Assembly (NCBI GenBank): GCA_043812055.1
Contig: JBDRMN010000058.1
Location: forward strand, 184-64,183
Length of the DNA: 64,000 nt
From: Patescibacteria group bacterium
GTDB taxonomy: Bacteria; Patescibacteriota; Gracilibacteria; JAHISY01
Direction of reading: 5' to 3'
Translations under genes and position numbers: made by a program
In this document: one piece after another, positions 45,095 through 53,903 of the stretch
Numbering within the stretch: position 1 is the stretch's first letter
How the letters are laid out: every line of letters starts with the position of its first letter
The notes under the pieces: generated by a model
Database searches by the model: none
Told to the model about the DNA's origin: nothing
What the model saw: only the letters and a program-made list of their open reading frames with translations

Positions 45095-45451
45095 CTATTT
45101 TTTGAATAAAATAAAAGTTGCCATCAAAACCAGAAGGGCGGCAAAAAAGTAGCGGAAGGTTTTTTCGTCGAGGTGGGGTTGGATGAAGGTATTAGCCAAC
45201 CAAACCCCGACTATCGAGCCCGTTCCTAAAAAAATACCCGCCCTCCAGTCGACCTGACCTTTGGAACCGTAAAGCAAAAGGGCGGTGAGCGCCACGATGA
45301 TAACGTTTACAAAGCTCGTCCCCACTGCCAGATTTTTGGAAAAACCCAACCAGAGCAAAATTGGCACCAGTAAAAACGCCCCACCAACTCCAGCCGTACC
45401 GCCGAGCAAGCCGACCAGTAAACCCGCTAGTGGCAGATAAAAATAATTCAT
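45095..45451 (-). CDS. Half-size TauE/SafE-family membrane protein (118 aa, 4 TM)
   Basis: GLLGGTAGVGGAFLLVPIL and AVGTSF patterns. Its start overlaps the lysC stop as TAATG. Confidence 0.55.
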   Translation of the reverse strand: MNYFYLPLAGLLVGLLGGTAGVGGAFLLVPILLWLGFSKNLAVGTSFVNVIIVALTALLLYGSKGQVDWRAGIFLGTGSIVGVWLANTFIQPHLDEKTFRYFFAALLVLMATFILFKK

Positions 45452-46815
45452 TATCTTTTACCGTTTTCAAAAAACTTTTTATGCAAAACCTGAACAGCTT
45501 TATCCGCATCTTTTTCATCTACGACAAAGGTAATGTTGATTTCGCTCGCTCCCTGAGAAATCTGATCCACGCTGATACCGACTTTTCCCAGCGTGGCGAA
45601 AACTTCACCCGCTACTCCCTTGCGCTTGTAAATTCCCATACCAACTAAGCAAATGATCGCTTTATTGTGTTGAACGGAAATTTTCGCGTAAGGCTGCAGC
45701 TCCTTCACAATTTCCTTCAGATGGGTAGGATCCTCGATCGTCACTGAAACCGAAACTTCAGAAGTGGAGACTACATCGATAGAAGTTTCGTATTTAGCAA
45801 ATACTTCGAAAACCTTTGCCAAAAAGCCGTACTGGAGCAACATCCGAAAGCTCGCGATACTCACCACCGTAACATCCTTCTTGCTTGTGACCGAGGTCAT
45901 AATTTGCTTCGGCTTCTTCACCTGGAAAAGAATCTCGGTGCCGCGATCGCGTGGTGCGAAGGTGTTTTTGATCCAGACGGGAACACGGGCGCGGATTGCC
46001 GGATGAATTGATTGCGGGTGGATTACTTTGGCCCCGAAGTGGGCCAACTCCGCCGCTGCCTCTGAAGAGATTACATCCAGGATTTTTGCCTTCGGGACTT
46101 TACGGGGATCGGCAGTGAAAATGCCAGAAACATCGGTCCAAATCTCAAGTTCTTGGGCTTTCGCCCCGGCAGCGATGAGAGCCGCACAGTAGTCAGAGTA
46201 ACCCCGCCCGACCGAGTCGAGCATACCGCCCGGTACCCAGCCGAAGTAACCAGTCGCTACTGGAATCTTTTTCTTCGCCAGAATTTTCCTAACTTTTTGA
46301 GCAAAGATCTTTTCGGTGGCCACATAAAAATCGTGATCAGCCCGTTTAAATTTCGGTGGAATAACTTTCTCGAGATCAAGCTGCTCAGCCGGCCAACCCT
46401 GATCGGTCAAAATCCCCGCCAGCATCTTCGCGGCCAAACGCTCCCCGATCGCTATAATCTTATTCCGGGAGCGAGTCGAAAGTTTTCCGAGCTTTTCGAT
46501 TGCCTTCAAAAAAACAGAGAGTTTGCCAAGCACATTGCCAAAATAGCCTATCACTTCGGTCTGGATCTTCTCACTTTTAACAACATTTTCCACCATCTCG
46601 GTGTGGCGGGCCAGTAGGTCAGCGATGGTTTTCTTGGCTGTTGCCCGTTTTCCGGCCAGAGCTGCCTGCGTGGCTGCCAGCAAAGAATCGGTCACTCCGC
46701 TCATCGCACTGACAACCACCACCTGTTTGCCACGGCATGACTCGATGATGCCTGTAACAGCTCGGAGACTCTTGATGGAACCCATTGAGCTGCCACCAAA
46801 TTTCCGGACAAGCAT
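45451..46815 (-). CDS. lysC: Aspartate kinase
   Basis: MLVRKFGGSS, the kinase core and C-terminal ACT repeats (ISVDQISQGASEINITFVV). Confidence 0.9.
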   Translation of the reverse strand: MLVRKFGGSSMGSIKSLRAVTGIIESCRGKQVVVVSAMSGVTDSLLAATQAALAGKRATAKKTIADLLARHTEMVENVVKSEKIQTEVIGYFGNVLGKLSVFLKAIEKLGKLSTRSRNKIIAIGERLAAKMLAGILTDQGWPAEQLDLEKVIPPKFKRADHDFYVATEKIFAQKVRKILAKKKIPVATGYFGWVPGGMLDSVGRGYSDYCAALIAAGAKAQELEIWTDVSGIFTADPRKVPKAKILDVISSEAAAELAHFGAKVIHPQSIHPAIRARVPVWIKNTFAPRDRGTEILFQVKKPKQIMTSVTSKKDVTVVSIASFRMLLQYGFLAKVFEVFAKYETSIDVVSTSEVSVSVTIEDPTHLKEIVKELQPYAKISVQHNKAIICLVGMGIYKRKGVAGEVFATLGKVGISVDQISQGASEINITFVVDEKDADKAVQVLHKKFFENGKR

Positions 46816-46872
46816 AAAAAAAAATTAAGTTGCTGTTCCACATTATCCCTTTTAGAGGCTAAAATCAAGTCC

Positions 46873-48213
46873 GTGCTCACCAGAAACAAGACCGCGCTCA
46901 GTTTGCTGGCGCTGACCATTGCGACAGTTGCCGTCTTTGCTCCTGTTCTTACTCTCAGCCTAATCGCAGCGATTCTTTTTTTGGGAGCAACTTTTCGTTG
47001 GCCTGTTCTGGGAATTATTGTCGCCCTGTTGGTAACCGTGCTCGGTGAATTTGGCCGGGGGGAAATTCTCGGTATTTCACTGCTCGCAATTGACCTCGTT
47101 GCCCCGGCTGTTTTGGTAACCTGGTTTGTCCGCAAATTGGTCCGCAAGGAACAGATCACTCTCGATCGCGTAAACGGAACGCTGTTGCTTTTTTGGGGAA
47201 TCGTTATTGTCAGTTTGTTTTTGGGATCCCCTGAACTGGCCAGTGCTGAACTGAAGTTTGCCGCGCTGCACTCTGTGCGTTTTATCACGATCAGTGGGTT
47301 CCTCTTTGTGGCTCGCGACCTGAGCAAAAAGGACATCTCAAAAGTTACGGGTTTCTTGCTAGCTACGGGAATCCTGCTCGCCGCCAGCGGATTTATCCTA
47401 TTGAAGCTGATTCCCGATTTCGCCGAGGCCGGCCTCGTCGCTAGCGGCTGGGATCCGCACATTGGCCGTTTAGCTGGCACCTGGCTTGATCCGAATTTCG
47501 CAGCCGGAGCCTTTGCCTTTTTGCTTCCCTTGGCTGGGGCGTATTTTTTCAGTTCGAAAAAAATATCCCGGCAGGTCGGCTCCCTAATCATCGCCGGAGT
47601 ACTGCTGGCAGCCCTACTGCTAACTTATTCCCGCGGCGGTTTACTGGCTCTCGGTGTGGGGGGAATCATCCTGGGACTGATTAAAAGTCGTCGCTTGTTG
47701 ATCGCTGTGTTGATCGTGGGTGTGGTCGGCATTGCCAGCATTCCACGTCTCGGTGAACGCGTGATGGAACTCGGCCGTTCCGCTACTTCGCTGGCAGGAG
47801 AGAGCCAACAGGTCCTCGATCCGACGGCGCAGCTACGAGTTGATTCGTGGCAGGAGGGCCTCCGAGTCTGGCAAGCTAGTCCGATCCTGGGAACAGGCTT
47901 TGGCGCCTACAAGTTTCATCAAACTTTTACATCAGAGGATTCCCACGCCGCCACGGGAACCGACGCCTCCCTGTTAAACGTTGCCGCCAGTACCGGAACC
48001 GTTGGTCTTTTATTCTTTTTACTATTTTTACTCAACCTCGGTAGAAGCGCCTGGATCCGCCGAGCTGACCCCGCCGCTCTCTCCTTCCTTGCTGCCGGGG
48101 CGGCCCTACTTACTCATTCGGTATTCGTAAATTCACTCTTCTTCCCCCCACTGGCACTCTACTTCTTCGTGAGTGCGGGAATCGCGACACGATTTGAAAG
48201 CACCAAGGAGTAA
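46873..48213 (+). CDS. O-antigen ligase/polymerase-like (Wzy_C) membrane protein
   Basis: About 12 TM segments and the LLLTYSRGGLLAL motif. GTG start 7 nt after TAAAAT. Confidence 0.7.
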   Translation: MLTRNKTALSLLALTIATVAVFAPVLTLSLIAAILFLGATFRWPVLGIIVALLVTVLGEFGRGEILGISLLAIDLVAPAVLVTWFVRKLVRKEQITLDRVNGTLLLFWGIVIVSLFLGSPELASAELKFAALHSVRFITISGFLFVARDLSKKDISKVTGFLLATGILLAASGFILLKLIPDFAEAGLVASGWDPHIGRLAGTWLDPNFAAGAFAFLLPLAGAYFFSSKKISRQVGSLIIAGVLLAALLLTYSRGGLLALGVGGIILGLIKSRRLLIAVLIVGVVGIASIPRLGERVMELGRSATSLAGESQQVLDPTAQLRVDSWQEGLRVWQASPILGTGFGAYKFHQTFTSEDSHAATGTDASLLNVAASTGTVGLLFFLLFLLNLGRSAWIRRADPAALSFLAAGAALLTHSVFVNSLFFPPLALYFFVSAGIATRFESTKE

Positions 48214-48245
48214 CGCTAAAATTTTCCGGCTCTTTAAATCTATGT

Positions 48246-48332
48246 GCTCGGGTGGCGGAATTGGTAGACGCGTACGCTTGAGGGGCGTATGGGCATTAGC
48301 CCGTGGAGGTTCAAGTCCTCTCCCGAGCACCA
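48246..48332 (+). tRNA. tRNA-Leu (anticodon GAG), long variable arm, CCA encoded
   Basis: Acceptor GCTCGGG/CCCGAGC. Anticodon stem TACGC/GCGTA with loop TTGAGGG. Variable arm TGGGCATTAGCCCGT. T-arm GGAGG-TTCAAGT-CCTCT, then ACCA. Confidence 0.9.
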
Positions 48333-48434
48333 AAAAGGTTCTTAGTCTGAGCGAAGCGAGGACCAAGGTTCTTTTTGGTGTAGGTGGAGGTGGTGAGAAT
48401 CTCCCCGTAGAGGAAAAGCGGTTAGTATTTTAAA

Positions 48435-48563
48435 GCCGGAGCGCACTTGTAGTGCGCTTCGTAACGTTTAATGATCAGCTAACGGGTGATATGCGGAACT
48501 TAGTTGGACAATCTACAAGATTGCCCGGAAACGTTACGAAACGGAGCGTAGCTCCGTTCCGGC
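48435..48563. other. Nested palindrome cluster (candidate structured RNA or REP-like DNA element)
   Basis: Outer pairing GCCGGA/TCCGGC. Hairpin GCGCACT-TGT-AGTGCGC. 12-bp long-range stem TTCGTAACGTTT/AAACGTTACGAA. Hairpins CAATCT-ACA-AGATTG and ACGGAGC-GTA-GCTCCGT. Confidence 0.45.
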
Positions 48564-48593
48564 GTAACTTCCTAACTACTCACACTATAACGT

Positions 48594-48643
48594 CATACTA
48601 CAAAACAGCATAAATTTACGCTATTTTGTAGTACGATATTTGG
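48594..48643. repeat. Conserved AT-rich hairpin element (copy 2)
   Basis: CATACTACAAAACAGCATAAATTTACGCTATTTTGTAGTACGATATTTGG. Confidence 0.85.
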
Positions 48644-48654
48644 TCAATCTTAAA

Positions 48655-49890
48655 TTACTCGCCTTCCTCTTCCGTACCTTCAACCGCAGTAACCTTACCA
48701 GTCTTTAGAAACTCCACCGCCGCGTCGAGCTGCGGATCTTTCTTGGCGAAGTAGTCTTCCGGAGAAAGCTCTACTTCGATATCCGGCGTGATCCCCTCTT
48801 CGTTCACATCCCGTCCGCTTGGCGTGAACCATTTCGCAATCGTGATTCGCAGCATTGAACCGTCCTCGAAATTATTCACGAGCTCTTGAACCGTACCCTT
48901 ACCAAAACTCTGCTCGCCAATCACTGTAGCCCGCCCGTTGTCCTGCAAGGCTCCCGCCATGATCTCACTCGAGCTGGCTGAGCCTGCGTTGATCAAAACC
49001 ACCAGAGGTGTCTCGGGCAACAGCGCCGCTCCCGAAACGACAATCGTTTTGTCTGAGCTTTGCCTTTCGTGGATCGTCACGATGTTGCCAGTGGCCAGCA
49101 ACTTCGAAGTCATCTCTACCGCCGCATCGAGGAAGCCTCCGCCATTGAAACGCAAATCCAAAATCAAACCTTGAGGATTTTTTAAGGCCAGGTCGGCCAG
49201 TGCCTTCGTAAATTCCTCAGCCGTATCATCCGCGAAAGTCGCCACAGTCACGACTGCCAGACCGTCCGGTCGTAGCTCGGTAACCACACTTTCGATGTCA
49301 ATGAAGTCGCGAGTAATCGTGATCTCTTGAGACTTGGGGTTACCGTTACGGAAAATTGTCAGCGTAACCTGCGTACCCGGTTCGCCCCGGATCCGCTTCA
49401 CCGCTTCAAACAGCGAGTAGTCGGCTGAGAATTCATCGTTAATCTTAAAAATATGGTCACCCGGCAGCAATCCGGCTGCTTCAGCTGGTGAGCCCCGCAA
49501 GGGGCTGATCACCACCAACTTGTTGTCCCGGGTGCCAACTTCCGCCCCAATCCCGGTGAGATCGCCCTCCAACGAATCAAGGAATTCTTCGCTTTCCGTC
49601 GGGTCCAGAAACTCCGAGTTGGGATCACCCAAGCTGTCCACAACCCCCTTTATCGCCCCGTAAAGCATTTTGGTTGGATCAAGTGCCTCCACGTCGACAA
49701 ACTTCTCTTTGGTTTTGCGCCACACGTCCCAAAAAAGACCCAGCTCCACACCGTCCTCGGATGATCCGGAGCGCACTGCTCCACTATCTGTTTCCGCCGG
49801 GAACTGCAGCTGTGTGCCAACAAAGTAACCGGCCCCAAAAGTCAGGACGATGATAGCTGAAGCTAGAATTTTTTTCTTCACTTTTTTCAT
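48655..49890 (-). CDS. Carboxy-terminal processing protease (S41)
   Basis: Signal/TM segment, PDZ domain (GSPAEAAGLLPGDHI), catalytic region LINAGSASSSEI...GEQSFGKGTVQ. Start set at MKKVKKKIL. Confidence 0.85.
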   Translation of the reverse strand: MKKVKKKILASAIIVLTFGAGYFVGTQLQFPAETDSGAVRSGSSEDGVELGLFWDVWRKTKEKFVDVEALDPTKMLYGAIKGVVDSLGDPNSEFLDPTESEEFLDSLEGDLTGIGAEVGTRDNKLVVISPLRGSPAEAAGLLPGDHIFKINDEFSADYSLFEAVKRIRGEPGTQVTLTIFRNGNPKSQEITITRDFIDIESVVTELRPDGLAVVTVATFADDTAEEFTKALADLALKNPQGLILDLRFNGGGFLDAAVEMTSKLLATGNIVTIHERQSSDKTIVVSGAALLPETPLVVLINAGSASSSEIMAGALQDNGRATVIGEQSFGKGTVQELVNNFEDGSMLRITIAKWFTPSGRDVNEEGITPDIEVELSPEDYFAKKDPQLDAAVEFLKTGKVTAVEGTEEEGE

Positions 49891-49919
49891 TTTAGAAAAA
49901 TTTAAAACGACACAGGAGT

Positions 49920-51506
49920 TTACCATCCCTCCTCAAAAAGTTCTTCGGCGGTTTCGACCAGACTCTTTTTCGCCAGTGCCGGACTGCTGGCTGCCGGATC
50001 CGGTGCACTTGATTTTAGTCCGATTTCTGCTCGTTCGACGTCTACCTGGACCGACGTTCCCAATAGTTCTGAAAAAATCTCAGCCAGCCCCGCTCGGGCT
50101 TCTTTACTTTCGAGCTTACCCATCAAAAAATCCGAACCAACCCCTAGCACCACTTTGTCATCTTCGGTACGCAAAACGATACACTCTTTCAAAGCTAGTT
50201 TGATCGCCGACTTCTTGACCTTGGTAATCACCTCAGGCAACGCCGCCTTGGCCGCCTCCAGGCTCAGCCCTTTGGGGGCTTTAACTTCTTTAGCTGGCTG
50301 CGTTTTTGATTTAGCAGGGCTCTTCTTTTCTGAGGTCTCACTCTTTTTACTAGCACCCTTGTCCGCCGTAGTTTCGCCTTGCGGAGCGGAGGCGGATGAA
50401 ACCTGCTTGCCCTGAGCTTGCCGAAGGGTTCCCTGCTTGCCCGCCGAAGCCTTGGCGAAGGCGGGGAACCTGGAACCTGTCACGTCGCTCGCGAGCGACG
50501 TGACCTGAATTACAGCCATCTCCAGCGGCAACTGTGGAATAATCGCATTCTTCAGTTCCTCCCCTGTCCGAGTAAAAACCTCGACAATGGTGAGAACTTC
50601 TTTGGCTTCCGCCAGGCAGTTTTCAGCCACCTTCTCGAGCATGATCTCTCGCAAACGCATCAGGAGATTTTTATTGAATTGAATCAGATTTACCCCCTCG
50701 GCGACCAAACCGTTGATCGTCTCGAGAGCTTCGGGAAGTTTCTGAAAGAGCAGGGCAAAGACAAAATCCTCCACCGCCTGTGGACGGGTCAGCCCGAGAT
50801 TTTGGGCAACTGCCGCTGTGTTAATTTCTCCGGTCTGCCCGAACTGTTCGAGCATCCCCACAGCATCCCGCATGCCTCCGGCCGACTGCTTAGCAATTAG
50901 CTCCAAAGCTTCGGGCTCAGCCTTGATCCCCTCTTTTTCCGCAATCTCCGCCAGGTGTTTGGTGATCTTGGCATTCTCAATCCGGTGAAAATCAAAACGC
51001 TGGGTGCGAGAGAGAACCGTCTCGGGAACTTTGTGAGGTTCGGTGGTAGCAAGGATAAAGTAAGCGTGTCCCGGTGGTTCTTCCAGAGTTTTCAGCAAAG
51101 CGTTGAAGGCTTCCTTGGTCAGCATGTGCGCTTCATCAATCACGTAAACTTTGACCCGCGCCCGCGAAGGGGTGAATTGAATCTTTTCTTTAAGCTCGCG
51201 AATTTCATCGATACCCCGATTGCTCGCTGCATCGATTTCGATCAAATCAACTAAGCGACCATTCAGGGCGTCCACGCAAATCTCACACTCGTTGCAAGGC
51301 TCACCATCCTCGTCTGGATTGAGACAGTTGAGCGAACGGGCGATTATCCGAGCCAGGGAAGTCTTGCCTGTTCCGCGGGTTCCCGCGAAGAGGTAAGCAT
51401 GCGTGAGCCCCTTGTTTTTGAGAGCATTACGAAAAGTCTGTTTGACATGATCTTGCCCTACAATTTCGGCTAATTTCTGCGGTCGGTATTTGCGGTAGAA
51501 ACTCAA
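49920..51506 (-). CDS. dnaX: DNA polymerase III gamma/tau subunit
   Basis: YRPQKLAEIVGQDHV, GTRGTGKTS, a Zn module CxxC...CNECEIC, and VIDEAHML. TTG start. Confidence 0.92.
   Translation of the reverse strand: MSFYRKYRPQKLAEIVGQDHVKQTFRNALKNKGLTHAYLFAGTRGTGKTSLARIIARSLNCLNPDEDGEPCNECEICVDALNGRLVDLIEIDAASNRGIDEIRELKEKIQFTPSRARVKVYVIDEAHMLTKEAFNALLKTLEEPPGHAYFILATTEPHKVPETVLSRTQRFDFHRIENAKITKHLAEIAEKEGIKAEPEALELIAKQSAGGMRDAVGMLEQFGQTGEINTAAVAQNLGLTRPQAVEDFVFALLFQKLPEALETINGLVAEGVNLIQFNKNLLMRLREIMLEKVAENCLAEAKEVLTIVEVFTRTGEELKNAIIPQLPLEMAVIQVTSLASDVTGSRFPAFAKASAGKQGTLRQAQGKQVSSASAPQGETTADKGASKKSETSEKKSPAKSKTQPAKEVKAPKGLSLEAAKAALPEVITKVKKSAIKLALKECIVLRTEDDKVVLGVGSDFLMGKLESKEARAGLAEIFSELLGTSVQVDVERAEIGLKSSAPDPAASSPALAKKSLVETAEELFEEGW
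50358..50504. repeat. Cluster of four GC hairpin units in frame within dnaX
   Basis: Units at 50358-50400 and 50406-50433, a near-palindrome at 50433-50473 (CCCGCCGAAGCCTTGGCGAAGGCGGG) and a perfect 26-nt palindrome at 50479-50504 (GTCACGTCGCTCG/CGAGCGACGTGAC). Confidence 0.85.
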
Positions 51507-51613
51507 ATTAGTAGAAGTTGGAAATTAGAGATTGGAAGAACCTGCGACCCAGACTGGGATTTTATCTTGTGGGAGCTAACGAGTAAACTGGCTCGGTACT
51601 TAATTTCGAAAAA

Positions 51614-52192
51614 ATGCTCAAAGCAATCTTTAGAACCAGCTTGGTTTTTACCTTGCTGCTGCTTACCGGCTGTGGAGGCAGTCAGTTCCTCACGCGCGAC
51701 ACCCCGCCCGCCAATACAAAAGTGGTAGTCGTAGAATTTTCCGACTTCAATTGTCCCGCCTGTGCGAGTGCTTCCGAGTTGGCAAAAAAAATCAAAGCTA
51801 TTCCCGGCCTTTATTTCGAATTCCGTCATCTCCCCCTCCCGATCCGCGGCCATGAAACAAGTAGCGCTGCTGCAAACGCTTTCGAGTGTGCCCGTGAACA
51901 AGGTCAGGGTGACGAAATGGAAAGTGCCCTTTTTGATAACCAGGGCCGCTTGGACGCAGAGCTGTTCGCGAAGCTTCCCTCGCTTTACGATTTCGGAGAA
52001 AACTTTGACGGGGAAGATTACGAGCAGTGTTTGAAAGAAGACCGCTACGGAGGACTGGTCGGCAAAGACAAACGGACCGCTGCTGTGAATGGAGTCAATT
52101 CAACGCCAACGTTTTTCGTAAACGGAGAAAAAACTTCCGGCAGCAATTTACTCGAAGTGGTGAAGCAGGCTTTCGAAGAAGCAACCGAATAA
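51614..52192 (+). CDS. DsbA-like thiol:disulfide oxidoreductase lipoprotein
   Basis: Lipobox LLLTGC and CPAC active site (FSDFNCPACA). Confidence 0.75.
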   Translation: MLKAIFRTSLVFTLLLLTGCGGSQFLTRDTPPANTKVVVVEFSDFNCPACASASELAKKIKAIPGLYFEFRHLPLPIRGHETSSAAANAFECAREQGQGDEMESALFDNQGRLDAELFAKLPSLYDFGENFDGEDYEQCLKEDRYGGLVGKDKRTAAVNGVNSTPTFFVNGEKTSGSNLLEVVKQAFEEATE

Positions 52193-52198
52193 ATCCTC

Positions 52199-52897
52199 AT
52201 GCAAGTTCGGTTAAATAAACATCTCGCTGATCTCGGCATTGCTTCCCGTCGCAAAGCGGACGAGTTAATTGCGGACGGACAAGTCAAAGTAAACGGAAAA
52301 ATCGTGCAGGAGCTGGGAACAAAAGTCGATCCGGAGAAAGACAAGGTCACAGTTTCGGAAAAAGTTCTGGCAGAACAAAAAGAGCTCACTTATTATTTAC
52401 TGAATAAACCCCTTGGGTTTGTCACTTCCAGCGCTCCTACTAAAACAGAAAAACAAATCGTGGTGGATTTGCTTCCGCAGAATCCTCGGATCTTTCCCGT
52501 AGGCCGCCTCGACAAAGACACGACCGGCCTGCTCATCCTCACGAATGACGGCGTGCTGGCCTACCGCCTCACCCATCCGAAATTCGAATGTGAGAAAGAG
52601 TACGAAGTAACCGTTGATGCTCCCTTGACCCATGAACGGATCAGAAAAATTGAAGTTGGTGTGAAACTCGAAAGAAAACCGACTCAGACGACCCAGGTAA
52701 AAACCCTCGGTGAGCATAAAGCCCGGATCATTCTTACCGAAGGTAAAAATCGACAGGTGCGTAAAGTTTTTGGCAAAGTCGGCTGCGAGGTCCTGAGTCT
52801 CAAAAGAGTACGGGTGAAAAAACTACTGCTTGGAGATTTACTACCCGGAAAATTTCGCAAACTTACAGATAAAGAAGTTTCTGATCTTAATTCTTAA
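52199..52897 (+). CDS. Pseudouridine synthase, RsuA/RluB family
   Basis: S4 domain (RLNKHLADLGIASRRKADELI) and catalytic GRLDKDTTGLLILTNDG. Confidence 0.85.
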   Translation: MQVRLNKHLADLGIASRRKADELIADGQVKVNGKIVQELGTKVDPEKDKVTVSEKVLAEQKELTYYLLNKPLGFVTSSAPTKTEKQIVVDLLPQNPRIFPVGRLDKDTTGLLILTNDGVLAYRLTHPKFECEKEYEVTVDAPLTHERIRKIEVGVKLERKPTQTTQVKTLGEHKARIILTEGKNRQVRKVFGKVGCEVLSLKRVRVKKLLLGDLLPGKFRKLTDKEVSDLNS

Positions 52898-52922
52898 TCC
52901 TGTATCCTTAATCCTGTATCCT
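52886..52922. repeat. GGATTAAG word array, reverse orientation, overlapping the stop codon of the pseudouridine synthase gene
   Basis: 52886-52914 is the exact reverse complement of 34727-34755 (29 nt). Confidence 0.9.
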
Positions 52923-52927
52923 CACAG

Positions 52928-53776
52928 ATGCTAGAAAGTCTCTTCCTCCTTCTCGGACTCAGCGCTGAACCTGCCTTCGCACCCCCTGCACTCGAGCATT
53001 TGATGATCCATCCAGTTCCTCAGCTGACCGAGCTCCGCCCGGCCCCGATCGTTGATGCCGCTTCGGCACTCGTACTTGATCTCGGCTCCGGCAAAATTCT
53101 GTTTGAAAAAAACTCTCAGGATGCGCGCGCAATCGCCTCGCTGACGAAACTCATGACCGCTGTCGTTGCTCGGGAGAATTTCGACCTCACTGAAGTCGTG
53201 ACTGTCAGCAAGGACGCGGCTGCTCAGCCACCCGCGAAGATCTGGTTGCGGGCGGGTGAAAAAATCACGGTTGAGAACCTACTCAAAGCGACCTTGATGG
53301 AATCCGGTAACGATGCGGCGCTATCTCTGGCTGAACATAAGTACGGAGTCGCTGAATTCGTTGAAAAAATGAACCGTAAAGTCGCCGCCCTGGGACTACA
53401 ACAAACTCATTTCACCAATCCGATCGGTTATGACGATCCGGAAAATTACGGAACTGCTTATGATCTCGCGCTACTGTCTGGCTATGTCCTGCGTGACCCA
53501 CTCCTGAAGGAGATTGCCGCCACCCAGCGGGACATCATCACCGATACCCAGCAAACCAACACCCACCACCTGCTCTCTACCAATATTCTTTTCAATACTT
53601 ATCTCGATATTCGTGGACTCAAGACTGGCTCCACCGACGCAGCTGGAGAATGCCTCGCGGCAATCGCCCAAAACGAAAACGGCAATAATGTTTTGGCCAT
53701 TGTGCTGGATTCACCGAACCGTTTCCAGGAAGCCAAGATTATGCTCAACTGGGCAATCGAAAATTTCCGGTGGTAG
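52928..53776 (+). CDS. D-alanyl-D-alanine carboxypeptidase (S11 PBP)
   Basis: The SLTK (SxxK), SGN and KTG motifs occur in order. Confidence 0.85.
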   Translation: MLESLFLLLGLSAEPAFAPPALEHLMIHPVPQLTELRPAPIVDAASALVLDLGSGKILFEKNSQDARAIASLTKLMTAVVARENFDLTEVVTVSKDAAAQPPAKIWLRAGEKITVENLLKATLMESGNDAALSLAEHKYGVAEFVEKMNRKVAALGLQQTHFTNPIGYDDPENYGTAYDLALLSGYVLRDPLLKEIAATQRDIITDTQQTNTHHLLSTNILFNTYLDIRGLKTGSTDAAGECLAAIAQNENGNNVLAIVLDSPNRFQEAKIMLNWAIENFRW

Positions 53777-53903
53777 CCCGCCACAACCCCGGGGTTACAG
53801 ATCCCGAAAAACAGCCTTTTAACGCCCTTAACTTTATACTTTTCACTTTTGAATTTAGGCTTTCCGCTTTATACTTTTCACTTTCAACTTTATACTTTCA
53901 CTT

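Noticed and set aside
46701-47591. 296-aa ORF on the minus strand
   Set aside because: It is antisense to the O-antigen ligase-like membrane protein. Its Ser/Ala/Arg-rich translation has no motifs. It is a shadow ORF.
48246-48654. Integrated element at tRNA-Leu
   Set aside because: There is no integrase, no direct repeat of the tRNA 3' end, and the tract is only 320 nt of palindromes.
49920-51506. Programmed -1 frameshift site in dnaX (gamma/tau)
   Set aside because: By eye I found no A-AAA-AAG-type slippery heptamer followed by a hairpin in the coding strand. I did not run an exhaustive computational scan.
51503-51901. 132-aa ORF on the minus strand
   Set aside because: It is antisense to the DsbA-like lipoprotein gene, which has a lipobox and a CxxC motif. 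It is a shadow ORF.
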